From positions 1 through 64,000 of the IMG/VR virus record IMGVR_UViG_3300023174_000094: a DNA stretch of 64,000 nt; one strand, written 5' to 3'. The position numbers and the translations under genes are program-made. Below the pieces are notes generated by a model that was not told the origin of the DNA, did no database searches, and saw only the letters and a list, made by a program, of their open reading frames with translations. The DNA is from a virus. Positions 48,661 through 58,910 of this stretch are shown here, piece after piece (positions within the stretch are counted from its first letter, which is position 1; each line of letters opens with the position of its first letter).

Positions 48661-49722
48661 ATGTCTGATAATAGCCTATATTCATTCTCAGACCCATTTA
48701 GCCGTGGTATAGATTTTTACCAAGCTGATGAAGCTGATGTCTTTATTGAGATTCAAGTCAGTTCGGGTCTAACTGTTTCGCTCATCAATATTATTAATAT
48801 TGCCTCAGACATATCTGCGTCAGCTTCGCTAGACACATCTTTTACAAAGATAGCCTATGCAGCGGCGGATCTGTCTGTAGATGGCGCAACCGTAATTGTT
48901 GCAACAGAAAGGCAAGATGGTTCAGTAAGCATTTCTGGCGATATATCTGTTAGTACAAATATTACAAAAATTGCATATTCTGATTCTTCAATTTCTGCAA
49001 ATTCAGACATCTCTGTTAACAGCATAGGGTTGCGTATATCTCAGATTTCCATTGAAGCCAATTCTAATGTGGTATCTTCAATTCTTAAATTTGCTCATTT
49101 AAACACAGCGCTTTCATCAAATACAGATGTTTCAGCGTCTGGAACATCAATTAAGTTTGCATCAGCAAACCTTTCTGGGTCTGTAAATCTAAGCACTATC
49201 GGAAGAATTTCTCTTGCAACAATCAAAATTGTTCTCTTACAAAATACAAATGTTAGTGCTAAGTTTGTTAAGTTTAGCTCGGTAACTGGTGTTGATTCAA
49301 GCTCAATAAGAACATTATTGATACTTGATGGAAAGCCATTGACAAACCAAAACAGAACTTTGAATGTATCCTCAATGCCTGTGTTTATTGAAAATAGAAA
49401 TTGGGCTGGTGATAGTTCAAGATATTATAAAAATCAATCATCTGCGGATAAAAAGTCATTCAGTATAAACTGGAGATTTATTCCTAACTTTAGAGAATTC
49501 ACTGTTGATGAAAGACACTCAAGGGACTACCTTAGAAAAATATCATTAGACCCAGATGTTCACCAATTAAAAGTTATTAATCAAGATTCTGATGGGGCTA
49601 CTCCATATACAGAAACTGTTTATAATGTCTTTATTAAAGACTTTTCTGAAAATTTAATTAGAAGAGATATGGTTGATAATGTATACTATTTTGATTGCTC
49701 TATTTCGTTAGAGGAGGTGTAG
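48661..49722 (+). CDS. Minor tail protein (Ser/Ile repeats plus Dit-like domain)
   Basis: Repeats, then LDGKPLT..R...FSENLIRRD...SLEEV. Confidence 0.7.
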   Translation: MSDNSLYSFSDPFSRGIDFYQADEADVFIEIQVSSGLTVSLINIINIASDISASASLDTSFTKIAYAAADLSVDGATVIVATERQDGSVSISGDISVSTNITKIAYSDSSISANSDISVNSIGLRISQISIEANSNVVSSILKFAHLNTALSSNTDVSASGTSIKFASANLSGSVNLSTIGRISLATIKIVLLQNTNVSAKFVKFSSVTGVDSSSIRTLLILDGKPLTNQNRTLNVSSMPVFIENRNWAGDSSRYYKNQSSADKKSFSINWRFIPNFREFTVDERHSRDYLRKISLDPDVHQLKVINQDSDGATPYTETVYNVFIKDFSENLIRRDMVDNVYYFDCSISLEEV

Positions 49723-52700
49723 TGTTAACAACTGATATTTACGGAAAGACTTTATCTAGCTCTTTTGAGACAGCATCCACCTCAGTAGCCCAAAGAGTAA
49801 AGCCAAAAATTGTTATTCAATGGTTAGACAGTAGACATATTGATAATTTGGTTGTCACTACAAATGATAGCCATGCAAATTCGGCATATCCTAGTATCGG
49901 TTTTTATTTTGATAAAACTCAAGCTTTTAATGGCGTGGAGAGGCAATCTTTTACATGGGCTGTGGCTGGTGCAAAAGACGAGAACGGCAAAGTTATTACA
50001 GCAGATGGAACCTACCATGCAATGCCTTCCTTGACGGGCAGTGATTTAAGCAATACCCAACTGGGCAGCTCTCTTGAATTTGGGTGGTGGTCAAATAGCA
50101 TTAGTAATTCAAACACTCATTCTACATACAGTGGATATGGCTTCTCAACAAATCCGTATATCCAGGCTGTTTTTGATGAGAGGAAAGTTAATCGTATCCG
50201 CATTGTGACATCTGAGTTTTTTGGCGGTATTTCAAACTATCTAGTTGAGGCTTACAACGCTGCTTCAGCATTAATTCTTTCGGAAGAGGGGCAGATAAAA
50301 GACGGTTCATATTATCAAGATCACATTATATCAACACAAACATCACAAAATGTTGCAAGAATAAGAGTAACTGTTCGCACAACAAAGAACCCTCAAGATA
50401 GGGCAAGAATTCAAGAAGTAATTCCCATCTATGAAACAGATATTACAGACTATGTAATTGATTATGAATTCTCCAGAACAAGAGATGTTCATCAAAGCAG
50501 CTTGCCAATTGGTGGATCTGAAACCGCTAAAGCATCTATCAATCTAGATAATACAGAAAAGAATTTTAGCATTTTTAATAATGCTTCATTGTTTGGTAAG
50601 TATATGAAAAAAGATTTAAAAGTAAATATTGCTACAGGTTGGAGAATTAAGAAAAATTTAGAAGATTTAAATGCAGAGTACTACTCATCCACCATTGCTT
50701 CAAACATCACATCTTCATCAACGACTATCTCTGTGGTAGACGCTACTGGATTTCCATCTGGCGGTGCTGGTAATCATTTTACCCTGATAATTGGTAAGGG
50801 AACTCAGAATGAAGAAATAATTCTCTGTTCTCAGTCAAGTGATGATAGAACAGTTGTTGTTGAGGAGAGGGGTTACGCTGGGTCTATTGCAAGAAGTCAT
50901 GCGTCTGGTACATCCATAACATTTGATTTATTTGAATATGTGTCTGCTGGAACATACTATGTTGATGAGTGGTCCTCTTCTTCATCTTCAATGTCCGTAT
51001 CAGTATCGCTTAATGACTGGTCAAAATATTTAACTGAAAGAACAATTAATACAGGCTTCTTTATGCAAAATGCATATGTTGGAGATGCTGTAAAAAATCT
51101 ATTGATGAGAGCAAACTTTCCAAGTGCCGATGTTAAGAAGCTAGGTAAATATAGTTCTGGTTCTAGGGATCGTGGAGCAATTGCCAATTATTCTTTTAAC
51201 GAAGAAGCAATTGACCGAAGCGGCAATGCTATTATTCCTGGAAGTGGTTTGAGAGCAAGGTTCTGGGGAATGCCTTCTGGTGGTGAGCCTAATGTAAAAG
51301 ATATATTGGCAGATGCGCTAGACAAGCAATTGTCACCACTTGACTTAGCCCTTGGGTTAAAATCATTTGTAAGTCCGAGCTATGTTGCTCTGTCAAAAGA
51401 TATCTCAGCCAATGTGACATCGGCAATTGAAATTACCAATTTCTCTTTTACTGGAACAAATGGCATAACATATAGTCAATACTTTAACGGCGTATTTGAC
51501 GGGTACTACATCCCCAGAACATCTGGTGAGCAGAGACTTGTTGTTTATATTAGATATGGTGGTGTAAGAGTTTATCTGGATGATACTCTGATACTTAATC
51601 AATGGAGAATGAACACAACAACTGGCGGGGCGCTGACCAGGTTCCAATCAGACCTTCTTAACTTAACAGCTGGTTCTCCAAGAAAAATAAGAATTGAATT
51701 CTTTCATGCATTTGATGATAATAACGGATCAAGCTTTTCAATCAAACTCTACAAAGCTGTTGGTATATCTGCTGATGCGCTGATCAGCGCTGGTGAGTTT
51801 TGCACAGTTGTGGCAACTGACTCTATTGGGTCAAGGAATGCCGCATTTACCTCAGATCCAAATAGAAATGTTAACAGGAATAATGGTATCTATATAGCCT
51901 CACCATCTCTATCTCAAGCAACTGGGTTAACATCGGAGCCAGATAATAAGTCTGTGCTTCTTGCATCTAATTCTTATATTAGAATACCTTATCACTCTTC
52001 GCTGGATGTGACTAATTCAAACTCATACCTCTATACTGGCGACTGGTCTTTTGAGTTGTTCACTAAGTTTAATAACGGATCGTTTGCCTCGGATGGGGAG
52101 TATATAAGTAACTGGTCCAATTCAAATCCAAATACTGGTTTTGAATTTTTTAATAATAGCTCATCTCATGGTTTTAAAATAAAAACACTGTCCAATGCAA
52201 CAGTTGTTACAGAAACAGTATCTTCAAACACTGCTCTGTCTAATTCTTCTTTCCATCATATTACTGTCACATATTCAGACAATACTCTTAAATACTATGT
52301 TAACGGTCAAATTGCAGATAGCGAGATTGTAGAAGGAACACCTATTGCATGGACAAGTAGAGATATTACAATTGGTGGTCGTGGTGCTTCTTATACTTCT
52401 GGGACTGGGGAATCAGCCCCGTCTGCATTTAGAGCGTTTACTATTGATGAATTCGCACTATATAATGTCGCTCTATCTGATCAAGATGTTGCGGAGAGAT
52501 ATAGTGAATCAAGTATACAGCCTTTGACAATGTTTCCATTTCTTTATGGTAATGATGAAACAATCAGGTCAATTCTTGACGGTATAACATTTGCTGATCT
52601 TGGTCGTGTATACATAGATGAACAAAACAAAGCAAGATACGAGCATTTCTATCGTTTTTTTGAATCATCAATTCCACAACATGCCAATGTGCAATACACC

Positions 52701-53645
52701 ATTAGCGACTCCTCTAGTATTATTGATGCTGACTACACTGTTGCGCTACAGTGTAATAAAGTGGTTATACCGATTGCAGGGCTTGCATCAGCCGCTGCTG
52801 GAACACAATCTCTATGGAGAGCACCAGACCCTACAACCTTAAGCTCTGTTGCGCTTACTGCAAATATAAACTCAAGTGTTAATACTATTTATGTATCAAC
52901 AACTGAGGATCCACCATTTCCAACTTCTGGTTATCTAAAAATTGAGAATGAAATTGTAAAATATAATTCAAAGACGAGAAATTCTTTTAACAATGTTGAG
53001 AGAGGTCAGTTTCAGACTACCGCCGCTTCTCATGCAAGTGGTGTTAAGGCAAGAGAGGCTAAGTATTACAACCTTAAGTATGACAAAGCACCAGCTTTTA
53101 ATATTAGATCACCTTTCATAACTGGAATTCTATTTGAAGATCCAGATGAAATTGAGATTGTTAAGTTTTTGCCTGGTCCTTATGGAGCTGAGTTAATAAT
53201 TTCAACATCAAATAGTGTCGGGAGTGGAACAATTGTATTTGCTGAGGGAACCAACCCTCTTACAGACAAAGTTGCATTTACATCAATTGCTGGTGTTCCA
53301 GTCATTATCACTGAGCAGAATACTCAGGTTACTCAGCAATCAGCATTGAACACTGATTCAATCAAAAAGTATGGACTAAAGGATGTTATTATTGAAAGCC
53401 CATTTATTAGCGATGCAGTGCATGCTCAGAAGCTAGCTGATTTTATAATCTCTAAAACACAAGACTCTGTTCCAATTCTTAATATTAATGCTACAGCTAT
53501 TCCAAAGATTCAACTTGGTGATAGAATAAGAATATCAACAATGAGCTCTTTTGATATAATTAATGCTGACTACTGGGTGATATCTCAATCACTAAATGTT
53601 GGAGACACTCTGCAGCATCAGTTAACTCTTAGGAAGGTGGTTTAA
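49722..53645 (+). CDS. Large minor tail/hub protein with PA14-like and LamG domains
   Basis: GGVRVYLDD.LI..QW..IRIEF (PA14); FHHITVTY..YYVNG..IDEFALYN.AL (LamG). Confidence 0.82.
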   Translation: MLTTDIYGKTLSSSFETASTSVAQRVKPKIVIQWLDSRHIDNLVVTTNDSHANSAYPSIGFYFDKTQAFNGVERQSFTWAVAGAKDENGKVITADGTYHAMPSLTGSDLSNTQLGSSLEFGWWSNSISNSNTHSTYSGYGFSTNPYIQAVFDERKVNRIRIVTSEFFGGISNYLVEAYNAASALILSEEGQIKDGSYYQDHIISTQTSQNVARIRVTVRTTKNPQDRARIQEVIPIYETDITDYVIDYEFSRTRDVHQSSLPIGGSETAKASINLDNTEKNFSIFNNASLFGKYMKKDLKVNIATGWRIKKNLEDLNAEYYSSTIASNITSSSTTISVVDATGFPSGGAGNHFTLIIGKGTQNEEIILCSQSSDDRTVVVEERGYAGSIARSHASGTSITFDLFEYVSAGTYYVDEWSSSSSSMSVSVSLNDWSKYLTERTINTGFFMQNAYVGDAVKNLLMRANFPSADVKKLGKYSSGSRDRGAIANYSFNEEAIDRSGNAIIPGSGLRARFWGMPSGGEPNVKDILADALDKQLSPLDLALGLKSFVSPSYVALSKDISANVTSAIEITNFSFTGTNGITYSQYFNGVFDGYYIPRTSGEQRLVVYIRYGGVRVYLDDTLILNQWRMNTTTGGALTRFQSDLLNLTAGSPRKIRIEFFHAFDDNNGSSFSIKLYKAVGISADALISAGEFCTVVATDSIGSRNAAFTSDPNRNVNRNNGIYIASPSLSQATGLTSEPDNKSVLLASNSYIRIPYHSSLDVTNSNSYLYTGDWSFELFTKFNNGSFASDGEYISNWSNSNPNTGFEFFNNSSSHGFKIKTLSNATVVTETVSSNTALSNSSFHHITVTYSDNTLKYYVNGQIADSEIVEGTPIAWTSRDITIGGRGASYTSGTGESAPSAFRAFTIDEFALYNVALSDQDVAERYSESSIQPLTMFPFLYGNDETIRSILDGITFADLGRVYIDEQNKARYEHFYRFFESSIPQHANVQYTISDSSSIIDADYTVALQCNKVVIPIAGLASAAAGTQSLWRAPDPTTLSSVALTANINSSVNTIYVSTTEDPPFPTSGYLKIENEIVKYNSKTRNSFNNVERGQFQTTAASHASGVKAREAKYYNLKYDKAPAFNIRSPFITGILFEDPDEIEIVKFLPGPYGAELIISTSNSVGSGTIVFAEGTNPLTDKVAFTSIAGVPVIITEQNTQVTQQSALNTDSIKKYGLKDVIIESPFISDAVHAQKLADFIISKTQDSVPILNINATAIPKIQLGDRIRISTMSSFDIINADYWVISQSLNVGDTLQHQLTLRKVV

Positions 53646-54928
53646 TGGCAACAAGCAATTCTATATCTGAAAATGCAATTTCTTTCTATGCCTCTGGTGG
53701 TCACTCTCATGATGGCTCTACCTCTTCCTTAATCAAGACAGACTCATATTCCATTTATGACTTTAATCCAAGTTTCGTTGGAGATAATCCAGAGAGAAGG
53801 CGGGCTCAGGTTAATAACTATAATTCCTTTAGGCAATTAGTTGTTAATACAATTAATTCTACTGTTCTTGAGCCAGCAGGTATTGTACTGCAAGATAATA
53901 TTATTAACAGCAGAAATATAATTTCTGGCTCAATCACGGCAGTAGAAATTGCATCAAACACAATCACTGCAGATAATATTGCGGCAAATACGATTACTTC
54001 AAATAACATTGCAGCAAATACAATTACCGCAAATAATATTGCTACAGGAGCGATCACCGCAGATGAATTATCAGCAAGTCTTGTTCTTGTTAATAATGTA
54101 ATTAGAAGCAATAATTTTAACGGAACTATTGCCGCAAATAATGTAATTACATCTCAAGGAACATCTGGATGGGCTATAACAAGTTCTGGAGATGCTGTAT
54201 TCTCTAATACAGCCATTAGAGGAACAATAACCGCTGGTGCTTTATATATTAATGCAAATAATTATTGGAATGCAAATGGTACAGTAGTCATGGGTAATGC
54301 AGCTGCTAGCAGTGGTTTTTATTTTAACCCATCTACGGGATTAGCGGTGACAGGGCAGATAACGGCTACTAGTGGAGCAATAGCTTCTTTTGATATTGTT
54401 GGCGCTAATTTATACACTGGAAATTCTTTTCTTGGATACATAAATTTAGGTCCAACAACTACGGCTCATGGCGGTGTTCCTGCAGGTGAGATTGTGGTTG
54501 CAACTAGAGACCCTGCTGATAACCATGTAGTCTCTTCATCACTAAAAGGGCAAGAGCTTAGAATTGAAGATGCTGACAATGCAGCCTACACAACAGTGGT
54601 TAATAAATATGGTTTTTACACTAATGGTGTTGTGTCATCTGATTCCGTTGAAACGGATGCTGTTATATATCCATACGGCGCAAATCAAATAGCTTTTAGA
54701 TGGTCAGGAAGTGCGCTATATGCGGTGATTGATGGAGCTACGGAATACCTGTTGAGCACTGGAGGATCAGCCCCAGCAGTTACGGCAGTTAGCCCTTCAG
54801 TTACTCCTGAAGTTAGTCCTTCTGTTTCACCAGGCGGTGGTTGCCCAACTTGCCCTACGCATACAGAGCCATGCTGCCCACCAGCAGTCTGTGGTTATGA
54901 TGAAAAGCTTGGAAATTATTGCTTGTAA
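53645..54928 (+). CDS. Tail tip/central fibre with Pro/Cys-rich C-terminus
   Basis: IAANTITA 10-aa repeats; SPSV repeats; 6 Cys at the end. Confidence 0.75.
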   Translation: MATSNSISENAISFYASGGHSHDGSTSSLIKTDSYSIYDFNPSFVGDNPERRRAQVNNYNSFRQLVVNTINSTVLEPAGIVLQDNIINSRNIISGSITAVEIASNTITADNIAANTITSNNIAANTITANNIATGAITADELSASLVLVNNVIRSNNFNGTIAANNVITSQGTSGWAITSSGDAVFSNTAIRGTITAGALYINANNYWNANGTVVMGNAAASSGFYFNPSTGLAVTGQITATSGAIASFDIVGANLYTGNSFLGYINLGPTTTAHGGVPAGEIVVATRDPADNHVVSSSLKGQELRIEDADNAAYTTVVNKYGFYTNGVVSSDSVETDAVIYPYGANQIAFRWSGSALYAVIDGATEYLLSTGGSAPAVTAVSPSVTPEVSPSVSPGGGCPTCPTHTEPCCPPAVCGYDEKLGNYCL

Positions 54929-54992
54929 TTTTTTGATAAAAATAGTTATTTGCTATGATATACTGAAATAATATTGAGAACGGAGATTTGAA

Positions 54993-55517
54993 ATGAGTAG
55001 TGCAGAGCAAAATAGCGTTTGGGAGCCAAAGGTTCCAACAGAGCCAGATAATAATTTCAATGACTGGTTAAATTGGGAGAATAGATTTGGTGAGTATGGA
55101 GAGCCAGGATATGAAAGGCTAACACTCCCAGCAAAAGTTCCAAAAGTCTTTGGTAGTGATTCACCTGTTGATCTTATTTTTACGCTTCTCCGAGATGATG
55201 ATGGTTTGCTTATTGGTGTTCATGCATCATATTTTGATACTGATGGAATCCGACATCCATTTTTAATGACAGTGCATCCTGACCACAGAAGAAAGGGAAT
55301 CGCAACACAGATTGCTCTCTATCTAGAGGAAGAATTTGTTGCAAATGAAGCTCATAAGTATGGAATGTCACCTGCTGAATTTGCTGCAATGCCAAGATCT
55401 GAAATGGCAGCGCTAGTCGTGCCAGATATTTATAAAGATGTGACAGTGAATAATGCTGGCGCTGGTTTTCTTAACAAGATTGTTGACCAGTTTTACAATG
55501 TTGAAAGAGAATTTTAA
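54993..55517 (+). CDS. GNAT acetyltransferase
   Basis: VHPDHRRKGIAT (motif A) and N.AG..F. Confidence 0.78.
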   Translation: MSSAEQNSVWEPKVPTEPDNNFNDWLNWENRFGEYGEPGYERLTLPAKVPKVFGSDSPVDLIFTLLRDDDGLLIGVHASYFDTDGIRHPFLMTVHPDHRRKGIATQIALYLEEEFVANEAHKYGMSPAEFAAMPRSEMAALVVPDIYKDVTVNNAGAGFLNKIVDQFYNVEREF

Positions 55518-55519
55518 TT

Positions 55520-55747
55520 ATGACACCGTATCAAGAATGGAAGAAAAGTCTAGGTGAAACTCGCCCTTGGGATGTTCTTAATCCAAATACGGAGAAAGCA
55601 TCTGAAGAAGAAGCAGAGAGGCGAATGTCTATATGCGAGCAGTGCCCAAGCCTGCTTAAAATTACTAATCAATGTAAAGAATGTGGTTGTGTTATGAAGT
55701 TAAAAACTAAGTTAATGAAAGCGACATGTCCACTTGATAAGTGGTAA
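55520..55747 (+). CDS. DUF6171-like small Cys-rich protein
   Basis: R..IC..C...QC.ECGC.M..K......CP..KW. Confidence 0.75.
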   Translation: MTPYQEWKKSLGETRPWDVLNPNTEKASEEEAERRMSICEQCPSLLKITNQCKECGCVMKLKTKLMKATCPLDKW

Positions 55748-55748
55748 T

Positions 55749-56348
55749 ATGCCAAAAAAATTAGCACCTGGTATTTATGTTTATAATTCTGATCAGATTT
55801 CTGGCTATCTTGATGCTATAAAAAACAGTATAACTTTATTTTTTAATGACGGAAAACTTGTATCCCTAGATTCAGAAAATGGGCAGTATAACAGTGTTGT
55901 TGATACAGATATAAGAAAAGTAGGTGTTTTTTCTTTTTCACAATCCTATTCATGTCATGAAGATGACCCTGTTAATATTTTTAAAAGACAAATTGAAAAA
56001 ATAGGAGATGAAGTTATTAACTCCTATAGGGGAATTCATAATATGGGTGATTTATTAAAAAATCACGAGTGGCAGATCATAAAGTACGATATTGGTAGTT
56101 TTTTTAAAAATCACATTGACGATTGCGCCGCCTACAGCAGAACTGTTTCTATTCTTATGTATTTTAATGACGATTATGATGGCGGGGAAATTGAATTTCC
56201 AGAGTTTGATATTTTCTATAAGCCTCAATTGGGCGATGTTCTGGTATTCCCTTCAAGCTTTATATATAACCATAGCGTGAAGGAAGTAACCAGTGGAGTG
56301 CGATATGCAGCCGTTAACTGGTTTTCTTATGCAAAACTCAATAAATGA
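55749..56348 (+). CDS. Prolyl-4-hydroxylase-like 2OG-Fe(II) oxygenase
   Basis: HID, YFNDDYDGGE, FPS..Y.HSV..V.SG.RY. Confidence 0.9.
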   Translation: MPKKLAPGIYVYNSDQISGYLDAIKNSITLFFNDGKLVSLDSENGQYNSVVDTDIRKVGVFSFSQSYSCHEDDPVNIFKRQIEKIGDEVINSYRGIHNMGDLLKNHEWQIIKYDIGSFFKNHIDDCAAYSRTVSILMYFNDDYDGGEIEFPEFDIFYKPQLGDVLVFPSSFIYNHSVKEVTSGVRYAAVNWFSYAKLNK

Positions 56349-56362
56349 TGTATAATAGATAA

Positions 56363-57034
56363 ATGGCTTACGAAAACTACTCATTTGTATCTTGGACAGA
56401 TGGAACCCCAATAACTGGAGACCGACTTGCTCAAATGTCCACAAATATAGATCAGGTTAAAGACGCTACTGATGACAAACCGTTTGGTCTTTTAAAGTTT
56501 AAAACTGTTACATCAAGTCCTGGATCTTGGTCAGATTTTACTGATCATGAAATTATCAAGCTCGCCGATGAATCTGGGACTGGTGGTGCTGATAACAGAG
56601 TGACTGTGGGATCTAGTCGTTTTTATAGAGTAACAATTAATTTTACTGGTTTTGTTGTTGATGCAAGAGGTGCTGAGGATTCAACATATAATTTAAAAAT
56701 ATGCACAGGGACTTTTGGAGGGGCAAACACAACCCTTCAGCAATACAGGTTCACTGCTCATCCATTTACATACATTGATGTATCAACCCTTGGTAACTCT
56801 GCAACAATTGCAAATCATTCATTAAAGAACAATGCTTATGATACGAGATTTGGTGCAGGTACTCATTCAATCATCCTCCAGAGCAATTCTGCTGGATTTA
56901 CAAATCAATCTTACTTTGTCAGCGTAAAGAGAGATCAAGGGGCAAGTGCATCTAACGCCCCAGCTTACTCCATTCCAGCATCCGTTGGTGGTGAATTGCA
57001 AATGTACATTGAAGATGTCGGTGGAACAGCCTAA
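56363..57034 (+). CDS. Probable virion protein, leaderless
   Basis: W..GTPIT..RL..M N-terminus; TATAAT-6-ATG. Confidence 0.65.
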   Translation: MAYENYSFVSWTDGTPITGDRLAQMSTNIDQVKDATDDKPFGLLKFKTVTSSPGSWSDFTDHEIIKLADESGTGGADNRVTVGSSRFYRVTINFTGFVVDARGAEDSTYNLKICTGTFGGANTTLQQYRFTAHPFTYIDVSTLGNSATIANHSLKNNAYDTRFGAGTHSIILQSNSAGFTNQSYFVSVKRDQGASASNAPAYSIPASVGGELQMYIEDVGGTA

Positions 57035-57470
57035 TCCTATTAGAGGTGGTTTGGCATCTAGGCGAGATGATATAGACTGGTCTGCAAAATTTGCTAATGG
57101 CGAGGAAAGCCCTAATTTTAGCGGTGGTAAATATATAGATGATAAGGGATATGTTCGTGTATTAAATCCAGATCATCCTAAAAATATTCGTGGATATGTT
57201 TATGAACATAGGCTTGTGATTGAGCAGTATTTAAATAGATACCTTCAACCTTGGGAAACTGTTCATCACATTAATGAAATTAAAATAGATAATAGGCTTT
57301 CTAATTTATTTTTATGCACACCTCAAGAGCATAGCGCTCTTCATAAAGAGGGTGTTAGGATGAAGGATGAGCAGAAGCAAAAGATGAGAAAAACTGCTCA
57401 AGAAACAAAACCTCATACAAAAAAGAAAAATGCCTCTAATAAGATTGCAATCAAAAAAAGACTCCCATAG
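57015..57470 (+). CDS. HNH endonuclease (free-standing homing type)
   Basis: YEHRLV.E..L.R.L...E.VHHIN..K.DNR..NL. Confidence 0.88.
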   Translation: MSVEQPNPIRGGLASRRDDIDWSAKFANGEESPNFSGGKYIDDKGYVRVLNPDHPKNIRGYVYEHRLVIEQYLNRYLQPWETVHHINEIKIDNRLSNLFLCTPQEHSALHKEGVRMKDEQKQKMRKTAQETKPHTKKKNASNKIAIKKRLP

Positions 57471-57523
57471 ACAATTTCATTGACTATACTGTGGTATGCT
57501 AGACGGAAACCAAAGGAGTCCTA

Positions 57524-58690
57524 ATGAAAGTTTGTGCAACAGAAGGTTGTAATATAGAGTTTGAACCAAAAACGGCTAATGCTAAATATGGTGATAAATC
57601 ATGTAGAAAGACCATAGATATTAATGGTCTATGTAGATATAGAAAAGAAAACGGTCTATTTGAGATAGGAGAAAATCCATTGACTGGAACAGTGCCAGAA
57701 ACAGAAAGCGAATTGCGTCTTTCTTATAATAAGTTATTGCAGGAATATAATAAGGCAAAAGAAAAGAATGTTGATCTAGCAGACGCTGTATATCGTGCGG
57801 TGCGAGAAGATATTGAGTCGGTTAAGTATGTACCAGTACCAAAGCCAAAGTTTGGGAAAGCTACTAAAGGTGAGGAAGTCGCTGTTGCTGTTATTGCAGA
57901 CTGGCAGTTGGCAAAAATCACTCCAGACTACAACTCGCAGGTTTGTGAGGAAAGAATCTATAAGTATGCAGAAAAGATTATTCAACTTACTGAGATTCAA
58001 AGACAAGATCACCCAGTAAAAGAATTGCATATTTGGGCTCTTGGAGACATTATTGAGGGAGAGCTTATTTTCCCAGGTCAATCATTCTTGGTTGATGGTG
58101 GTCTGTACAGACAGATTACTGTTGACGGTCCAAGAATTATGAAGAACTTTATCAACATGATGCTTGAAAATTTTGAGAAGATTGTTTTTGTCGGTGTTAT
58201 TGGAAATCATGGTTCAATTGGTGGTAGGGCTAGAAAAGATCATGACCCTGAGACCAATGGTGACAGAATGCTTTATCGCATTACTCAGCTCATGTTTGAG
58301 AATGAAAAAAGAATTGAATTCAGAATCCCTGATGGTCGTGGTGAAAGACACTGGTATGCGGTTGATAAGATTGGCAATTACAAGAGTCTATTGTGTCATG
58401 GTGATCAGTTCGGTAGTCTTTCAACATTCTACGGCTTTCAGAAGAAGGCTTATGGTTGGAAGATCGGGGCTATAGAAGATGATTTTGATGATGTCTATCT
58501 AGGACACTTCCATACTCCTACAAAGATGACATTCAATACTGTTCAGATGAGAATCTCAGGAAGCCCTGAATCAACAAACACTTATGCTGTAGAGAGACTA
58601 GCTGCTGTAGGCAGACCATCACAGCCCCTTATGTTTGTGCATCCTGAAAAGGGTATTGTTACTGCTGAATACAATTGCTGGCTGGATTAA
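57524..58690 (+). CDS. Metallophosphoesterase/nuclease (calcineurin-like)
   Basis: DWQ, LGDIIEG, GNHG, HGD and GHFH. Confidence 0.85.
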   Translation: MKVCATEGCNIEFEPKTANAKYGDKSCRKTIDINGLCRYRKENGLFEIGENPLTGTVPETESELRLSYNKLLQEYNKAKEKNVDLADAVYRAVREDIESVKYVPVPKPKFGKATKGEEVAVAVIADWQLAKITPDYNSQVCEERIYKYAEKIIQLTEIQRQDHPVKELHIWALGDIIEGELIFPGQSFLVDGGLYRQITVDGPRIMKNFINMMLENFEKIVFVGVIGNHGSIGGRARKDHDPETNGDRMLYRITQLMFENEKRIEFRIPDGRGERHWYAVDKIGNYKSLLCHGDQFGSLSTFYGFQKKAYGWKIGAIEDDFDDVYLGHFHTPTKMTFNTVQMRISGSPESTNTYAVERLAAVGRPSQPLMFVHPEKGIVTAEYNCWLD

Positions 58691-58691
58691 T

Positions 58692-58910
58692 ATGGTTAAA
58701 GCAACTGGTCTATATTGTCAACCTTGTGGTTCAAGGCTGTTTGTTGGTCAACAATATTATGCATTTCAAAAAAATTATATTGATGTAACCTGTACCAAGT
58801 GTGCTCATTCAATTGATGTAGAGGTAAGAAAGCTTAACAAAATTCTAGATTATCTTGGCTTTAAAACGATCAAGGAGCGACATGATCTCAGCGAAACCAA
58901 CAACAAATAA
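58692..58910 (+). CDS. Small Zn-finger protein
   Basis: CQPC...CTKC. Confidence 0.65.
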   Translation: MVKATGLYCQPCGSRLFVGQQYYAFQKNYIDVTCTKCAHSIDVEVRKLNKILDYLGFKTIKERHDLSETNNK

